Below, in pieces: positions 33,052 through 36,030 of a stretch of DNA of 36,030 bases. This DNA comes from Halocafeteria seosinensis (taxonomy: Eukaryota). The position numbers and the translations under genes were made by a program. Numbering within the stretch: position 1 is the first letter of the stretch; every line of letters begins with the position of its first letter. The notes beneath the pieces are model-generated. The model made no database searches. It saw nothing but the letters and a program-made list of their open reading frames with translations, and was not told the DNA's origin. The DNA lies in NCBI GenBank assembly GCA_001687465.1, contig LVLI01000202.1, positions 310,001-346,030 on the forward strand, read 5' to 3'.

Positions 33052-36030
33052 ATGCCACGCTCCCAGCCCGCGTCGCGGGCGGAGACGAATGGAGAGGAGG
33101 AAGAAAGCAAGCCTTCCTCCTCGCACTATGACCTCTTCCAGAAACCCCTTCTTGGAGGAGGAAGAGGCGATTCCATGCAAGCATGGGAGCATAACAGTAA
33201 GCATTCGTCCTCCGCGGCAAGTCTCCACAGCCGGGGCAGCCGTAGTAAGCGCAAAAAAGATGATAGGAGAACGTTTTCGTACAATGCGCTTCCGAAAGCC
33301 ACGGAAGCGCATCTGACCAATACATCGGTCGCTTTAGGTGTTGTCGCACGGGTAAGAGATCCGTCGGCTACTGAAGTGGAAACTGGAGAGCCCATGTCTA
33401 ATATTGATGTCTCGAACGACGAAGAAGTGGAAGTAAGTTAGCTTCTCTTCTTGGGGATTGGCTTCCAAACGATTATGTATCTTTCTTTTGCGCCTCATTG
33501 ACAGATTCATACCACTGTTGGGGCCCCAAAGCGATTGTTCCACCAGGCGAAGCCAGTCACTCATTCCTTTTGGTGCCGCGGCTTCCAAGGGGGAGATTTG
33601 GAGTCATTTTCGAACTTTTGTGGGCTTGAAAAAATAATACAGCGTGTCATTAGCGGGAGGCATGCGGCAACTATAGGGTTCGGCCACAAGTTCTCCGGAA
33701 AGGAAGAAGCAATTTTTGGAACAGCAGATAGACATAAAGTAGATGAAGACAATCTTCCCCAACCAGAAGTCTATGGGCTCTCTCAGCGGGCGCTGGTCGG
33801 TCTTTTGGAGAAAGCTGGGCCAGACGCCGAAATAGGGATGTCCATGCTTGAATTGTACTACGAGAAGCTCTATGATCTATTGAATGAGGGCACAGTTCTA
33901 CCTGATGTAAAATGCGAAAACAAAGGTAAGTCGAAGAGGTATTTGAGAAAGCAGGGAAAATTTACGGATCTGTATAACTTCACACTAAATTGCAGCACAC
34001 GCGAAACTATCGGAAATACCGACCGCTCATGTACGCTACGATACGCGCATGGACACATTCTTCGTTGAAGGAGCAAAAGAACTGACAATTCGGAAACCAG
34101 AAGACGGCTTCAGATTGCTTGAATACGCCCTACTCAGACGACAGTTCAAAGGTGGCGGCGACAAATATAGAAGGCATACACGAGGACATACTGTAGTAAC
34201 GATTTCAGTGAAACGGCCCGGCCAAAACGAGAAAACGAAGAGTAAACTATTTTTTGTAGATTTGGCTGACGTGGAAAACACCGATCACTTAAAGCATAAG
34301 GACGACGTGACTGGCGCCAACAAAACGCTGTTCACATTGGGAAGAGTGTTGAATGCTGTTACTCGACAGTATCGAGACATTCGTGGGCGAGAATTGGCAG
34401 CATCTGACGATAAGAAGAAAAAAGAGTTTTGGGATAAAATGAAAGGAAAACTGCCAAACGAGATTTTATCTTTCCGCGATAGCTCCCTCACCAAACTTTT
34501 GAGAGACTGTTTCTTCACTCCGTATGCGTCAGTCCTACTTGTTGCTTGCTTGTCTCCATGCGACAAGGACACTGCCCAAAACCTGGTATCGCTTAGGTAC
34601 ATTGCTCGGGCCAACCTACTCAAGCTACCCAAGGAACCAGGAGAAGCCTTCGAGGAAGCGGCAAACAGTGTGACTTCTCAAAAGCCTCCCAAGAAACCGA
34701 AAAAGAAGCCGAAAAAGGAGGCCAAGCCCCCTTCAAAGAGGCCGCAGCAGAATGCACGCAACAGGTCGAAGGAAGGTTCTGAGGGTAGTCCCGGTCCCTC
34801 AAACGTCGATGTTGCGGATGAAAAGCCTCCACGTACCCAACCAGGCCGGAGTAGTGATTCCCGCAGATGTAAGAAGGCGAAGAAAGAACCCAACGATTCC
34901 CTAGAAGAGATGAGAAATCGCATAAAAAAGGCCAGAGAGGCACGAAAGAATCGTAAGCCTCCTAGACCTGGACAACCTGCCAGGATAAACCCGAGCAGCA
35001 CTTCTGACGACGGTAAAAGCGTTGATACTCAGTGTTCTGATGAAGACGTCGAGGACATACCTCCGGGTGTGGATCATAACCACCCGATGACGAAGGAAGA
35101 AGTTCCTCCGGGTCTGGATGATATCTCGCATCAGTATGAAAAATCTCAGGCACCTGATGAGCACGACGATGAACCTAGTGATTTAGGTCGGCCAGAAGAG
35201 ACGGTCTCTCCTCGATATAATTCTGCCGGTCCAATCGAGCACCCGCTGGAAACAGAAACCGTTGGGGAAGACCAAAACAATTTCCCCCGAGAATCGAACC
35301 CGCCAATAGACGAGGAGGGTGCGATGCTCCCTGAAAAGGCTCAGCCTGCTTCATCTGTCCCTCCCGTTGAAGAGACTCTTCCTGAAAGTGTTCCTCAGAC
35401 TGAAGATGAAACTCCTGACAGAGGTTCGACACAACCATTTTCGGATGCTCCTGGTAGGGAAGAGGACGATGTGGATAAGTCGCCTGAATGGCAAGAGGTT
35501 GATCAAGGAATCCCTGAGGACCATCGAGATAGTCCTGGGGAGCAACGAGTGGAAAATGAGGACATAGACGAAGGTCGCCGCGTAGCTCCACAAGAACCTA
35601 AAGATGAGACACAGCCTGTAGAAAACGAGGAGAGTCCTGCAGTGACTGAGGAGGGTCAACGTAGTTCCCCTGTTCCCACTGAGAAGGATGATAGGACACT
35701 TCCAACGGAGGAGGAAGAAACTCCCGTTGGTGACACATCCGTACAACAACCTCGTAGAGAGTCTTTCGATGGTCCAGATACGGAGGAGGACAATAAACCC
35801 ACTAATTCGATACCAGCAGATGAAATACCAGTGGTAAATGAGGGTCCGCCTGAGGAAAACAATGCGTTGGAACAACCATTGGACACTGGAGTGGTTAGGG
35901 ACGTTGATGATGATGATGATGATGTCCGCAGTCCACCCAAAGAATCTAGTCAGCCTAGAGAAGAGGAGAGCCCTCTGGAAGATCATCCTGCTTCATCTGT
36001 TCCTCCGGTTGAAGAGACTCTTCCTGAGAG
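33052..36030 (+). CDS. Kinesin-like protein with a degenerate motor domain and a long acidic, Pro-rich tail; 3'-truncated by the window
   Basis: Exons 33052-33432, 33505-33925 and 33996 to beyond 36030. The last exon is absent from the ORF track because it has no stop. Motifs VVARVRDP, GFGHKFSGKE, MLELYYEKLYDLL, HTRGH, KLFFVDLADVE, FRDSSLTKLLRD and LVACLSP. Confidence 0.87.
35345..36030 (+). repeat. In-frame internal repeat (PASSVPPVEETLPE) in the kinesin-like tail, 642-nt spacing
   Basis: cctgcttcatctgtccctcccgttgaagagactcttcctga at 35345 recurs as cctgcttcatctgttcctccggttgaagagactcttcctga at 35987, with two synonymous changes. Confidence 0.85.

Noticed and set aside
1..36030. Prokaryote-style systems (CRISPR arrays, operons, transposases), tRNA and rRNA genes
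   Set aside because: The DNA is intron-rich and eukaryotic. I found no repeat-spacer array, no transposase or reverse-transcriptase motif, no tRNA cloverleaf and no rRNA sequence.

Overview
Compact, gene-dense eukaryotic nuclear DNA in the standard code, with many short GT-AG introns (mostly about 55-110 nt). A ciliary central-pair gene (CFAP119-like) and KIF12-like kinesins point to a flagellated protist; the lineage cannot be fixed from this window alone. Reading across introns by hand, I reconstruct 14 spliced genes plus a possible gene end at the left edge. In order: RRP1/Nop52 (+), VPS52 (-), an LRR protein (+), a kinesin (-), AP-3 mu (-), a large unknown protein (-), FKBP15-like (+), FHIT with a long N-terminal extension (-), a secreted single-granulin protein (-), SURF1 (+), CFAP119-like (-), an SLC25 carrier (+), a KIF12-like kinesin (+), and a tandem paralogue of it whose ATPase motifs are degenerate (+, runs off the window). 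Three observations stand out. (1) The tandem kinesin pair, one intact and one probably catalytically dead, shares intron positions. (2) A highly structured ~246-nt plus-strand RNA candidate lies between those two genes. (3) A hairpin in an unusually long RRP1 intron has an internal loop carrying two adjacent antisense elements to 18S rRNA. No database search was run: family calls rest on motif recognition, and exon boundaries are manual.
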